Part shown: positions 20,209 through 32,858 of the stretch, one piece after another | Position numbering within the stretch: the first letter of the stretch is position 1 | How the letters are laid out: each line of letters starts with the position of its first letter | NCBI GenBank assembly: GCA_034226945.1 | Contig: CP120459.1 | Coordinates: 310,001 to 374,000, forward strand | DNA: 64,000 nucleotides | Direction: 5' to 3' | Source: Picochlorum sp. SENEW3 | Taxonomy: Eukaryota | Position numbers and translations under genes: made by a program | Notes under the pieces: generated by a model | What the model saw: only the letters and a program-made list of their open reading frames with translations | Told to the model about the DNA's origin: nothing | The model's database searches: none

Positions 20209-23049
20209 CTATTGCATGGGAGAGTCGCCCAATTGTTTTGCTGTATCTTGAAGTGGTGAAGCTGTTGTCCAATCTAGTGAGGTCCTTTCTTTGGGACCAT
20301 CTAGTGATTTCTTGATTCCTTTCATCGTTGATGAAAACGCTTTTTTGACGCTCCGTAAGGTGCTCTTCCCTTTTAGTCGACGAATTTCCATTCGGAGAGC
20401 TGAAATTTCATTGACGAGTTGCTGTTCATGCCTTGCAAATGCATCTTCTCGTTGGGCCAAGACCATCTTCTGTGCTGCCAGATTCATCGACATTGTGTTG
20501 TATGATTCTAGTAAATCTGCTGTGGTTTTTGCACTGAGTTGCGCTGTTTTGAGATCTCCGACCTCACCCTTTAGCTTCTGAGCCAAATCAGAATCACGTG
20601 CCATCTGCACAGGGGTATCACAGTGAATAACGCATGCACCTCAAAACAACAACACATTCATGTCGTACCTTGACGGTCAATTTTGATAGCTCTTCTTGGA
20701 GCATTTGAATTGCTTCATTATATAATTCTTCATCATCTGCGCCAGACTGCTTTTTGCTGATGAGACTGTCAAGGACGGATGACAAGGCTCCTGCCGACAC
20801 CATACCAAGATTTGCTGACTTGGCAAAGAGTTTCTCTGGAGAGTTTTCTCCTGATGATAGTCCTGCTGTCGGGGCAGATGGGGTAACGAATTCTTCTTGT
20901 TCTTTTGCTGGCGATTCGACCTTGACTGGAGTAAGCTTTTCTGGTGTTGCATGGCTCCTCTCTGTTGCCTGTGCCTCTCCCAGCTGGATCACATTTGGTT
21001 CTTCAGAGGAAAGCTCTTTGTACCGTTTTGATTCTTCTACAGCTTCATCTCTTTCCAATTTCAATGTCTCTATTTCTGCAAGAAGAATTTCTATCCTTTG
21101 GACTTCAGTGGGCGGCATTCTTGCATCTTGATTACTATTACTGGCCATCACACCTCCATCTCCCTCTCTCTCAAGTCCTGTGCTTGGTGTATCTGATCCC
21201 AGAGTGGGAGGAATTACAAAGTGCTCTGCAGGAATCGATCGTGCATCCTCACCATCATGTACCTGGGAATCATCGGTGTTCTTTGCCTGCTCTTCTTCAA
21301 GGCTATGTAATTTCTCAACAAACTCATCCTTTTCCTTGGTCACTTGCTCAATCACTTCTTCTTGCTGCTTTAATCTCAGATTCAAATTCATTATAAGTGC
21401 ATCCTTTTCCTTGAATGCATTCACTTGCTCATTTTCAATTTGTGCAAGCGATGCTGTCTTTTGCTCTTGTTCGGATACCATGGTATCCTTCAACTCTTTC
21501 ACATGTTGTACAAGCATCATGTTTTCCTCCTTCAACCTCACCTGTTCCCGATATAAATCCTCATATATTTTGGAGTCTTCTTGCGCTTCGTATACAGAAG
21601 TGTCCCTAGCTCGTTCAATATGTTCTTGCCGAGGTGGAGGTTCGTTCATGAATAGAGTATATTCATACTCCCCAATACTCTACACAACAGAGAAGAGAAA
21701 AATCAATCATACAGTCCTTGATCCACGATAATGTACCCTAAACCATACCTTGGCAAGCTTATCTTTGACTTTACAGAGTTCTACATCTTTTGCAGAAGCC
21801 GCGCGTGCAACAGCTGCATGCGAGGACCGCAATGCCAAAATGGCTCCCTCCTTCACAGCCAGCACATCTTGTAACATGCCAACCTCCTTCCGAAGCTCCT
21901 GTATCGTGAACGTACTATTCCCTGCACATGAAATGTTGCAAATATCGTTTCGATCGATAAAAAGACTACAAATACATGCAGAGAAAAGGAAAAAACAAAT
22001 CCTGGCCATCACATACCAAATTGTTCTGCCACATGCTCTGAACAGACAATCTTCTCAACCTCTCCATCAACAGACCCGAGAATCCGCTTCATTAAGACCT
22101 TGTTCGCCACATCTTCCTCTTGATACGACTGAAGCGATTTCTTACACGATTCTAACTCGGACGCAAGCGCCTCAACTTGAGCCGCATGCACCGCCATTGG
22201 CACAAACCCTCCACCTGCCATTCTCTCAGCCTCAGCAGCAACAGCCTTTTCTGATATATCCACAGCATCAGCCATTTTTTGAGCAGCTTCCATAGAAATA
22301 GCATCTGCCTCCGCCTTCAGCTTCTTTGCCTCCACCATCTCCTCTCGCTGCCCTTCCAACACCTCAAGCACCTCCTCCAGCTCTGCTTGCTTCCTTGCAA
22401 GTGCAGCCTTCAACTCCTCAACCTCCCCCTCTACAATCTTCCCAAACTGATGCTCTCCCCCCAACATATCCTCCATATCCTTCAACTGCCGTCTCAAATC
22501 CAAAATGACATTCTGATCATGCTTCCTCATCGCATTTGCCTCCTTGGCACTCTCAATGTCTGCCTGCCCCTGCTCTATGGCCATATCCTTTGCCTTTACT
22601 ACATTCTCAAGACTCTTAATCTCGTCCTTCAAAGACAATATATCCTTACGAGACTGAGCCAACTGATTGCGCAATTTGACCACATCCTCCATACTCCCAT
22701 TCATCACCTTTGAATTCGCTCCAGCACTGTCCAGCATCAGTCTGTTCAGCCTATCAGCCTCTTTGTTCGACGCTTCAGCTATCGCCTGCAATCTCTTCCG
22801 CTCTTCATCCCATTTTTTAGACATTCGTTTCATAGATTTTAATTCCGTCTCAGCTTGCAGCGCCCTCTCCTCTGCCTGCTTCTGACTCGACGCAAATTTG
22901 TCAATGACATTGTCCTTGAGTCCAAGTTGCTCTTGGATCACATCAATTTCCTTCTTGAGGCTCTTAATCTCATTCTTTTTTACTTTTAATTCATTTTGAA
23001 GATCTTTGACGTGGTATGCCAACGTCTCGCTGCCTCTGGGCGAGGCCAT
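20209..23049 (-). CDS. Long coiled-coil protein, MAP70-like (microtubule-associated), ~4 exons
   Basis: Four consecutive coiled-coil ORFs linked by GT-AG introns; segments resemble plant MAP70 (KKWDEERK, LENVVKAKDMAI, ELRKEV...KEGAI). Confidence 0.55.
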
Positions 23050-23601
23050 GGTTGAAACTCGCAAGAGTGTCCTCGTAGAGATACTCTCTGTACAGTATCT
23101 GTACTAAATATCTTACAAGATGTAATCTTGTTGTAATTAAATGTATATTGTGTCGAGCAGACGAGGATCCATAAGCAGTGGATCGATGTGGAACCGGTAC
23201 GAATGACACGTGTGTTACATTTTGAAAAATATTGGACACCTACATCCTTCAGTTCGCTAGAAGCGTGCCATGTACATACAGGGCCATTCCACGATCTGAA
23301 CTTGTATCGATTTTATGCGATCTGAGTGGATAGATGTACTTTGCGCTCCATAGAATACACCCCATGCCATGCATTTCTGTGACTCAGAAATGACCTGACC
23401 TGCAGCTGCAGGTCTGTGTGTAGATCTTAGATGAGATCTCCAAGCCAATCTAGATCAGCCACGTCGAAAAAACAACGATATGGTGGTTGCCATCTCTTCG
23501 ATTCAGGTTGATTAAATCATTAACGGATAATAACAGAGTACGATGGATTGTTGAGGTTGAGATACGAACGTAAAACCAAGGAAAAGTTAAGAAAACCAAA
23601 C

Positions 23602-25560
23602 ATGTCGACATATTTCCATGTCTTGGGACATGGCTTGATTTCATGTCCTCCGAGGCACAAGACATATAATAGTTGTTTCATTCAGCCTAGAAACTCTAAT
23701 ATTTCATCTCATGCCACGACGCAGCAGCAGCAGAATCAGAATCAGAATAGTAATAGAGACACAGTGTCGCAAAGCCTAGAGACAGTGAGAGGTGACACAT
23801 TATTGAGAAATTCTACCGCTGTGGTGCGTGATGGAGATTCTGTAGCATATATACTAGGAATATCCCATGTGTCAAAAGAATCGGGTCGGTTGATTGAGGA
23901 ATTGATCGAGGAGGTTGGGCCAGATGCTGTGCTGGTGGAATTGTGCCATGAACGGACAGGTCTCTTGGTGGATGAATCAGCTGCAAAAACGGGCAAGAAT
24001 GCGTGGTTTTCAGCATCTGTTGATATAAAAGGACTGCCAAAAGCGGAATATTGGCCCAAGAAGGCGGATTTGTTGAATTTGTTGAGGACATATCGAGGGT
24101 GTCCAGTCTCGACAGGGGGAATTCAGGGTGATGCAGATGCTCTCTTGGCAACCGGGCTGTTTGAATCGGTGACCCCCGTGACTGGGCCACCGCCGCAATC
24201 ATGGGACCCTATGTTTGTATATCCTCGAGAATCTGATGAGGTTATTCCAGGGGTGGAGCTGTCGAGTATCACGTTTAAAGTAACTCCCAGACGGTTGCCT
24301 CCTGTAGAGTCTCTCAAGGTTGTCTTTGAGAATGGGAATACAAATGAGCAGATGTCATCATTGATGCATGATATCATCATGAATTCAAATAGCAGTGGTA
24401 CTACATTAGATGCTCTCCTGCGTGTAAGGCACGAGTGTATGGGGAATGGTAGTATTATCACATATGAATGGTCAGACAGCAATGGCATGCATGTGACAGC
24501 ACGGGTGCTACAGGACCAATCGCATGGTAGTATCGTATCGGGATTAGAAAAGACGGTTCTTCAAGGAAAAGGAATAGGAATCGCGTCTTTTTCAAGACGA
24601 TTCATGGGACCCAATGGAAATGAAAACACTCCAAAAACACCTAATGGACACCTGGTAGAGGTGTCCCCATGGGAGAATCATCCCCGTGATGATACACAAC
24701 AATCTTCTACTACCCAAGGGTTTTTGGAATCTTTTGCTAACGCAGTCACGATGCAGTATGCAACATATCAAGCAGACGCTGGTCGCAAGGTGGGTATTGT
24801 ACCAGGATATGCATGGAGGGTAGCGCTTGCAGCAGCAGCACGATCACACGTACCATACGTGTTCCTCGGCGATCGGCTTTCAAGTGTGACGTCACAAAGA
24901 CTGTTACAAGCCATGGTGGCATCGTCCCTTCCTTACCTTGCCACCAGTGCGGCAGTATCTCTGGCAAGCTGGGTTGCACCACCAGTGCTGCTTCATGCAA
25001 CACCATCCCTGCCAGCATCCATCGTCATCACAGCTGCCTCCTTCGTAGCAGCCTTTTGGCCACTCTATTCTCCTATTCAAGAGATTCAAAAGTTTTCCGA
25101 AATGTCAGCATCGCAGATTGAAGATGCTGTGCGTGTCGCAGAGCCATTGCAATCAGCATCTGATGCCCCATTCTATCTATGGGGAGAAGACGCCCTCATC
25201 CGATGGCCTGGAGCAGAGACACCAGTAATTCACGAGAGAGATAGATATATGGCATTTGCAATATATTCTATTCTCAGGAATATTCCATCTGGGCTCACCC
25301 CAACGTATGCAGCAACATCTCAGGAGCATTATGGCACGGTGTATTCTTATGCCATGCCAAAAGGGTCATCACCAACCGTCTGCCCTCCAGGAAAGGGCCA
25401 AGGTCAGTATAGCATAGAGTCCACCGACGCTCCTCGAAAGGTTGTGGCCATTGTAGGAACTGCCCATGTTCGAGGCATGGAGGCAATTTTGGTCAATCTC
25501 CTGTCCAATCCCTCATCCTCGGGGAATGTGTTGGAGGAATTATCAACATCGTCTTCTTGA
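23602..25560 (+). CDS. TraB/PrgY-family protein with POTRA-like insert, likely plastid-targeted
   Basis: YILGISHVSKES, PDAVLVELCHER, VFLGDR, VIHERDRYMA, VVAIVGTAHVRGM; TM hairpin; insert LLNLLRT..G...IQGDADALLATGLFESV. Confidence 0.8.
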   Translation: MSTYFHVLGHGLISCPPRHKTYNSCFIQPRNSNISSHATTQQQQNQNQNSNRDTVSQSLETVRGDTLLRNSTAVVRDGDSVAYILGISHVSKESGRLIEELIEEVGPDAVLVELCHERTGLLVDESAAKTGKNAWFSASVDIKGLPKAEYWPKKADLLNLLRTYRGCPVSTGGIQGDADALLATGLFESVTPVTGPPPQSWDPMFVYPRESDEVIPGVELSSITFKVTPRRLPPVESLKVVFENGNTNEQMSSLMHDIIMNSNSSGTTLDALLRVRHECMGNGSIITYEWSDSNGMHVTARVLQDQSHGSIVSGLEKTVLQGKGIGIASFSRRFMGPNGNENTPKTPNGHLVEVSPWENHPRDDTQQSSTTQGFLESFANAVTMQYATYQADAGRKVGIVPGYAWRVALAAAARSHVPYVFLGDRLSSVTSQRLLQAMVASSLPYLATSAAVSLASWVAPPVLLHATPSLPASIVITAASFVAAFWPLYSPIQEIQKFSEMSASQIEDAVRVAEPLQSASDAPFYLWGEDALIRWPGAETPVIHERDRYMAFAIYSILRNIPSGLTPTYAATSQEHYGTVYSYAMPKGSSPTVCPPGKGQGQYSIESTDAPRKVVAIVGTAHVRGMEAILVNLLSNPSSSGNVLEELSTSSS

Positions 25561-25791
25561 GCTCATTTCCTTCGGTAAAAAAAGTTAAAATTAATTGACG
25601 ACAATCCGTCTGTCGTAGTCGTTTCAGACTACCTACGGTCGCTGTTGTTGCATTCGTCTCTCGGGACAGACAACCAATTCCACTCGGGTTGATCTGTCAT
25701 TATATCTGTCATATCGACATACAGATGGTATAACCTACTAATATTGTATTCAAAAAAGGGCACACAAGGGTAAACAAGGTTTCGTAGAAGT

Positions 25792-26649
25792 ATGGGTTTC
25801 GAAAACTGGTTCCCAATGATTTGCGTGAATTCGTGTCAGCATATGCTGCTCGACGCATTTCAACGATGGTTACGACCTGACTGTGATTCTTCGGAGGAAT
25901 ATCAACGACGGCGGAGGTCTATGAAGGGCATTATCATGTTATTGTTGAAGACCGCTGCCACGGGTGCATTAGCGACTGTGTTGGATGCGTTGATCGAGAT
26001 TCGACGTCGACACATGTATCTTGTATCATTACGAGAAGAGATTGGGGCAGATGCGATGGGTGGGGAGGAGGCTGGGGTGGTATCATCGCCATCTGGGTAT
26101 TTGGGCATTGGAAATCTCACTCGGGCTGGAATATCTGCGTGGAGATCTAGGCTCTTGATCGGTATAGACGAGTTGGAAAAGCAAGCGCTGCGATATGGGA
26201 TTCAGCCGAGTCATAGATTCTCACCGAATGAGAGCTTGGAGGATGTCGTGACAGAGAAGAAGAGAGATTCTGAGGGAAAGGATGATGCTGATGAAGTGCC
26301 ATGTGGTGCACACACGAAACAAATATCGACAACAGTCAAGCAGCTTATCCATCTCGTGGAGGCACAAGATCAGACAAGGCTTGAATCAGAGGTGGATACG
26401 TTAGTGGATGGACTGTTGGGTACAAGGGAGGATGCTGCAGAGTGTTGTACTATATGCATGGATGATGATGTTGCCACCCAGGTGGAGATAGCTGGGTGTC
26501 GACACGAACTCTGTTTTTCTTGTGCTCGGATGATTTGCGACGGAACGAATGCCCATCAGCTGCCTCAGTGTCCATTTTGTAGGCACCCCATAGAAGGGTT
26601 CAAACCCATTTATCATAGAGTAACGACGTCTTCTGTAGCGTGCGATTGA
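25792..26649 (+). CDS. C3HC4 RING-finger protein (putative E3 ligase)
   Basis: CTICMD...GCRHELCFSC...CPFCR at the C-terminus; true 5' end uncertain. Confidence 0.75.
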   Translation: MGFENWFPMICVNSCQHMLLDAFQRWLRPDCDSSEEYQRRRRSMKGIIMLLLKTAATGALATVLDALIEIRRRHMYLVSLREEIGADAMGGEEAGVVSSPSGYLGIGNLTRAGISAWRSRLLIGIDELEKQALRYGIQPSHRFSPNESLEDVVTEKKRDSEGKDDADEVPCGAHTKQISTTVKQLIHLVEAQDQTRLESEVDTLVDGLLGTREDAAECCTICMDDDVATQVEIAGCRHELCFSCARMICDGTNAHQLPQCPFCRHPIEGFKPIYHRVTTSSVACD

Positions 26650-26673
26650 TGTATATATATATATTTATTACTG

Positions 26674-27302
26674 TTATGCGGTTTTGAAAACCTTTTCCAT
26701 ATCTGGTTTGAACATGGACATTTTACGTGTTGGCCCCCAGCCAAACATCTTGGTCACAAGCACCTTGACAGATCCCTGACACAGCATAAAGATGAAAAAC
26801 TGCACATGGAAGACATGGTCATTATACAGTGATATATATAGACACTCAGAAGATGAACATCATAGATACGTACTGGAGAGAACTCGTTTGGCGCTGCATC
26901 TTCCAATCCTCTTTGGGTAATTTTTCTGATGAATGATGGTGGCTCAAAAGGCAATACTCCAGCGGGTGCCTTACCAAACATCTTCGGGACGATATTAATG
27001 CTCACAATCATTGTTGCAAACGTCAATATCCCAGTCACAATCTGAATCACAGCCATCTTACGACCAGCCTCGGCTTCAAAAGTCTTCTTTTTGGCAGCAT
27101 CCTTCTTCTTCCCAGAAGACCCACCCGACTCACCCTCGCCATCCGCCTTACTCGGTGGTTCATACTTTTCAAAATCTTTCTTTAATCGTTTGAAAGAAGC
27201 GGTTCTGTAAATCAGCAGATATCCAACTAGTTCAGCCAAGATGGCTGTGGCAAATCCATACCCAATCACCTGAAGAGGCACCGTATTTACTATAGAAACC
27301 AT
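26674..27302 (-). CDS. TMCO1: TMCO1/EMC3 (DUF106, Oxa1 superfamily) membrane protein; one intron ~26872-26799
   Basis: AELVGYLLIYRTASFKRLK, LPFEPPSFIRKITQRGL, spliced FFIFMLCQGSVK...GWGPTR. Confidence 0.8.
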
Positions 27303-27460
27303 TATATGTATCAATAATAATATTCTATAACTGTATTTAAATTAATATAGGCAGTATAGCAGACTCCAGGCAATTCACATGGATCCGAAATTCTGAATTT
27401 TCTGATTCACACAAGGAGCAGGCCTTGGCCAGCCTGAATTCCAATATCCAAAGGGACGTG

Positions 27461-27481
27461 TATATATATATATATATATAT
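27461..27481. repeat. (TA)n microsatellite
   Basis: tatatatatatatatatatat. Confidence 0.9.
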
Positions 27482-27582
27482 CAACATCGAATATATAAGA
27501 GTGTGTTACATTCTTCGCAACATATATAACTAATTACCTAGGTCGATTATGCATAGTCGCATCACAATACAAGGACTGACAT

Positions 27583-28286
27583 TTACTTTCTCATAGCAAC
27601 ACCCACAGTCTTTCCAGCACGGCCAGTCGTCTTTGTATGCTGTCCACGCACAGTGAATCCCCAGTAATGACGAAGACCACGATGATTTCTGATCTTCTTC
27701 AAACGCTCAAGATCCTCACGAAGTTTGGTATCGAGCTGAGAAGACACGAGCTGAGAGTACTTTCCATCCTTGACATCCTTCTGTCTGTTAAGGAACCAGT
27801 CTGGAATTTTATAGGAGCGTGGGTTGGCTACAATGTTCATAACTGCCTCAAGCTCTTCAGCACTCAATTCTCCTGCGCGCTTTCTCAAGTCTATTTCCGC
27901 CTTCTTGCAGCAGATGGTGGAGAAACGGCGACCCATACCTCTAATGGCAGTCAAAGCGTACAAGATCTTCTCCTTTCCGTTAACGTTGGTATTCAACACA
28001 CGGAGAATATGTGTGAAACTGTCTGGTGCCATAAGGGACTGCAAAACAAACAAGCACAACAAATTAGTCCTGCGCCGTCTCTACGAGGGACATTCAATGG
28101 GCTGCTCTTCACCACGACTCTTCCTTCTTGAACGCCATGTCAACAACCATAAAGTATTTTGATGTGTCATGTGTTGATGGATTCGCAGAAACACGTGGGA
28201 ATAGGTCGCGACGACGGCTGCCGTCCGTCAAGTCATGGCCGTCGGCCACAACTGGCAATGTCACTGTTTGATCAACGTACCCCCAT
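27583..28286 (-). CDS. RPS18: 40S ribosomal protein S18 (uS13); 6-nt first coding exon, intron 28280-28039
   Basis: ATGGGG|gtacgt...gactaat...ttgcag|TCCCTT gives [52 protein letters not shown]. Confidence 0.95.
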
Positions 28287-28578
28287 GATTGCTAATTCTT
28301 TCTAATTTATCTTCTTTTAAGTACCAAAGAATAGTAATGGAGGGAAGGAGATGGTGGATGTGAACTTTTGCCGTCTCTCTTTGGCCGGCCTGAGGGATTC
28401 GAGGAGTATATCGGTCAAATATGGGTTTGATTGGAGAAGCATGACGATGATCTTGTATTCGGTCAAACACAGTGTTTGACCGAGAGTAAAATAATACACA
28501 TTACAGAGGAACCAAAGCGTATGTATCTCTCTGTCTATCGTCGAGTATCGTGCGGGAAAAAAACATTGCACGCCTAAA

Positions 28579-30264
28579 ATGGCCAAGGAGGATCCGAGAA
28601 GCAGCATGCATGCTGCTGCGGATGATACGACCTGTGGACCCACTGAATTAGCTCACGGAGAAGGAAAAAACGATGAACAGGCTGTCAAAAAGGACAGGTT
28701 GGTGAAAGCATTGGATTCTATGATATACATGCCTCATATTAAGGAGATAGGGAAGGATATGGCGGTGCCTGGGCTGATGGTGATGGGTGGGGGACTGAGA
28801 CACAATGCAGTGGGTGATGTTGCCCAACCCGGAGGAGGTGGGGGACATGATGGGAGTCGGAAGCGGGTAGGAAGGCCTTGGGATAGAGGTGAATTGTACA
28901 GTAGATTGCAGACGTTCAAGTCGTTGACGTGGTTTGCAAAGCCACCAAAGATTAATGCACAAGAGTGCGCTCGGCGGGGGTGGGAGAATACTGGAATGGA
29001 TGAACTGACGTGTGAGACGTGTCGGTCGGTGATCAAGTTTCCAGTGAGTTTTCAGGATGATAGTTTTGATGTAGAGCCTGATCAGATGAGGAATGTGGTG
29101 GATTCGTTTGAAAAGAAGTTGACAGAGGCACATGAGACATTGTGTCCGTGGAGGTCCTCTGTGTGCTCCTTGTCCTTGTTTGAATTTCCCAGGCATCTTC
29201 CACAGGCTACTATTGCTGCTGATTTTAAGAGTAGATGTACAGTGTTGAGGAGGTTGCTGTGTCTTCCGCCAATGGCGGAGAGTGGGATGGCACAGTTGGT
29301 GGAGACGGCATCCAAGACTGTTGGCATGTTGAGAGATTTACACGTTGTTTTGAAGAAGGGGGATGCGTGTGCAGCGACGCCAAGGAAAGATTGGGAGGAC
29401 AAGCCGGAGTTCTCCGAGGACGTGTTTCGGACCCAGATGATGAAGATGTTGAGGACACATGTGGTGTCAAATTTTGAGCGTGAGGTGTTCTTGGCACGGG
29501 TGCACCTCATGGCCTTGTGCGGGTGGAGTTTGCGAATATTGAAAGGCGCGAGCACAGGTGATACTGACTTGCAGGACTTACCCCCGTTGCTGCCAGAGCA
29601 TACGGCTCTTCAGTGTACAGTGTGTGGTGCTCGAGTTGGGATGTGGTCCATGTTTGAAGGATGTGCTGCAAAGGCCTTTTCCAAGGCGGCGCTAGCTGAA
29701 AAACGTGCTCCATTGTATCAGAATGATAAAATTTCTTTTAGTATGAACCATCAGGTGGCGATGAATATGACGACCACGATTGCAGGAGGGATGTTACAGC
29801 CAAGTGTGCTTGGTATGGCAGGTGAATCTTCTGGTCCATTTGGAAAATCATCACCAGGAGCTTTCGAGTATGCAACGCCTCCAGCGAAACAGAAAACGTC
29901 CAAGAAACGGTCTTTAGAAGAAGGTACTGACAATACCAAGGCGAAAAAGCAGCACACACAGAGAAAACCATTGTCATCATCCAGTGCACTGTCTCAGTAT
30001 AGGGCAGCGTGCAATGCTGATTTCGACCCTGTTGAGTCCCATCGTCCGTTTTGCCCATGGGTGCACGCGACATCAGTGAATTCTAGTGATAGTCTATGCG
30101 GATGGCAGATCTATCTTGAGAACCTCGTCTCCACCTCTGGAGATGTGTCTGTTGCATCAGCCCTGGCCCACCAGGACGATCACGAAGCAGGCCAGAAGGA
30201 TGCATGGCGTGGAAAGGACGTGTTCCAGAAGGTGCTATCTTCCATCACGCGGAAGAAATCATAA
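28579..30264 (+). CDS. NIPA/Rsm1/Pml39-like zf-C3HC protein
   Basis: RPWDRGELYSRLQTF...WFAKP...CARRGW...CETC...H...CPW; MALCGW; CTVCGARVGMW; FDPVESHRPFCPW. Confidence 0.88.
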   Translation: MAKEDPRSSMHAAADDTTCGPTELAHGEGKNDEQAVKKDRLVKALDSMIYMPHIKEIGKDMAVPGLMVMGGGLRHNAVGDVAQPGGGGGHDGSRKRVGRPWDRGELYSRLQTFKSLTWFAKPPKINAQECARRGWENTGMDELTCETCRSVIKFPVSFQDDSFDVEPDQMRNVVDSFEKKLTEAHETLCPWRSSVCSLSLFEFPRHLPQATIAADFKSRCTVLRRLLCLPPMAESGMAQLVETASKTVGMLRDLHVVLKKGDACAATPRKDWEDKPEFSEDVFRTQMMKMLRTHVVSNFEREVFLARVHLMALCGWSLRILKGASTGDTDLQDLPPLLPEHTALQCTVCGARVGMWSMFEGCAAKAFSKAALAEKRAPLYQNDKISFSMNHQVAMNMTTTIAGGMLQPSVLGMAGESSGPFGKSSPGAFEYATPPAKQKTSKKRSLEEGTDNTKAKKQHTQRKPLSSSSALSQYRAACNADFDPVESHRPFCPWVHATSVNSSDSLCGWQIYLENLVSTSGDVSVASALAHQDDHEAGQKDAWRGKDVFQKVLSSITRKKS

Positions 30265-30340
30265 CTCTTTTGTTTGGGGTGGATTTTTTTTAAAAACGCA
30301 CATGTTTACAATTCATGTAAAAGAATCATACCATTCAAAT

Positions 30341-32275
<1,935 letters not shown>

Positions 32276-32304
32276 TCATTCAATATTGCATTTTAAAACT
32301 CAGT

Positions 32305-32817
32305 ATGGCTTTGGTTAAAGCCAAAGATATACCCCATGAGACGCTTGCGTTGCAAAAGCGGATAGAATTTGTCAAAGACCTCAAGGCATGTTTAAACGAC
32401 GACTCGAAACTCGTCACTGAGACGGTGAAACTGTACAGTGAGTTGATAGATGATATAATAAATGATGTTTGCTTGGCTGTACATCGGGATATTGTGTTGG
32501 GAATAGAAGATTCGAGTCGTGGCGACAGGGAGCACGGTGAGACGACGAAAAAGAGGGCTCGAGATGGGGAGGAGGATCCGGATGCGTTGTTGGAGAAGGC
32601 TGCATTGCATTATGGTACTCCAAAGATGTTGGGTGTTCAGATGGGGGGGAGTAAGGGTGCAAGGGATATGTTTGGGAATATGATACAGCCTGTAGCGTTG
32701 GACCAGGTGTCGTGCCCTAGCTGTGGCAGGAAGATTGCATCGGGAAGGTTTGCGCCTCATCTGGAGAAGTGCATGGGATTGGGTGGACGACAAGCGCGGA
32801 AAAATGTCGCAAATTAG
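32305..32817 (+). CDS. SGF11: SAGA DUB module subunit Sgf11 (ATXN7L3)
   Basis: LIDDII...VHR helix; zinc finger CPSCGRKIASGRFAPHLEKCMG. Confidence 0.9.
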   Translation: MALVKAKDIPHETLALQKRIEFVKDLKACLNDDSKLVTETVKLYSELIDDIINDVCLAVHRDIVLGIEDSSRGDREHGETTKKRARDGEEDPDALLEKAALHYGTPKMLGVQMGGSKGARDMFGNMIQPVALDQVSCPSCGRKIASGRFAPHLEKCMGLGGRQARKNVAN

Positions 32818-32858
32818 TCTGAAAGAATCCAAGAAAAGAATGGTATTACTATTTTAAA

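Noticed and set aside
28039..28280. Structured RNA in RPS18 intron (two short GC hairpins)
   Set aside because: No C/D or H/ACA boxes recognised; hairpins are short and could be chance or promoter elements.
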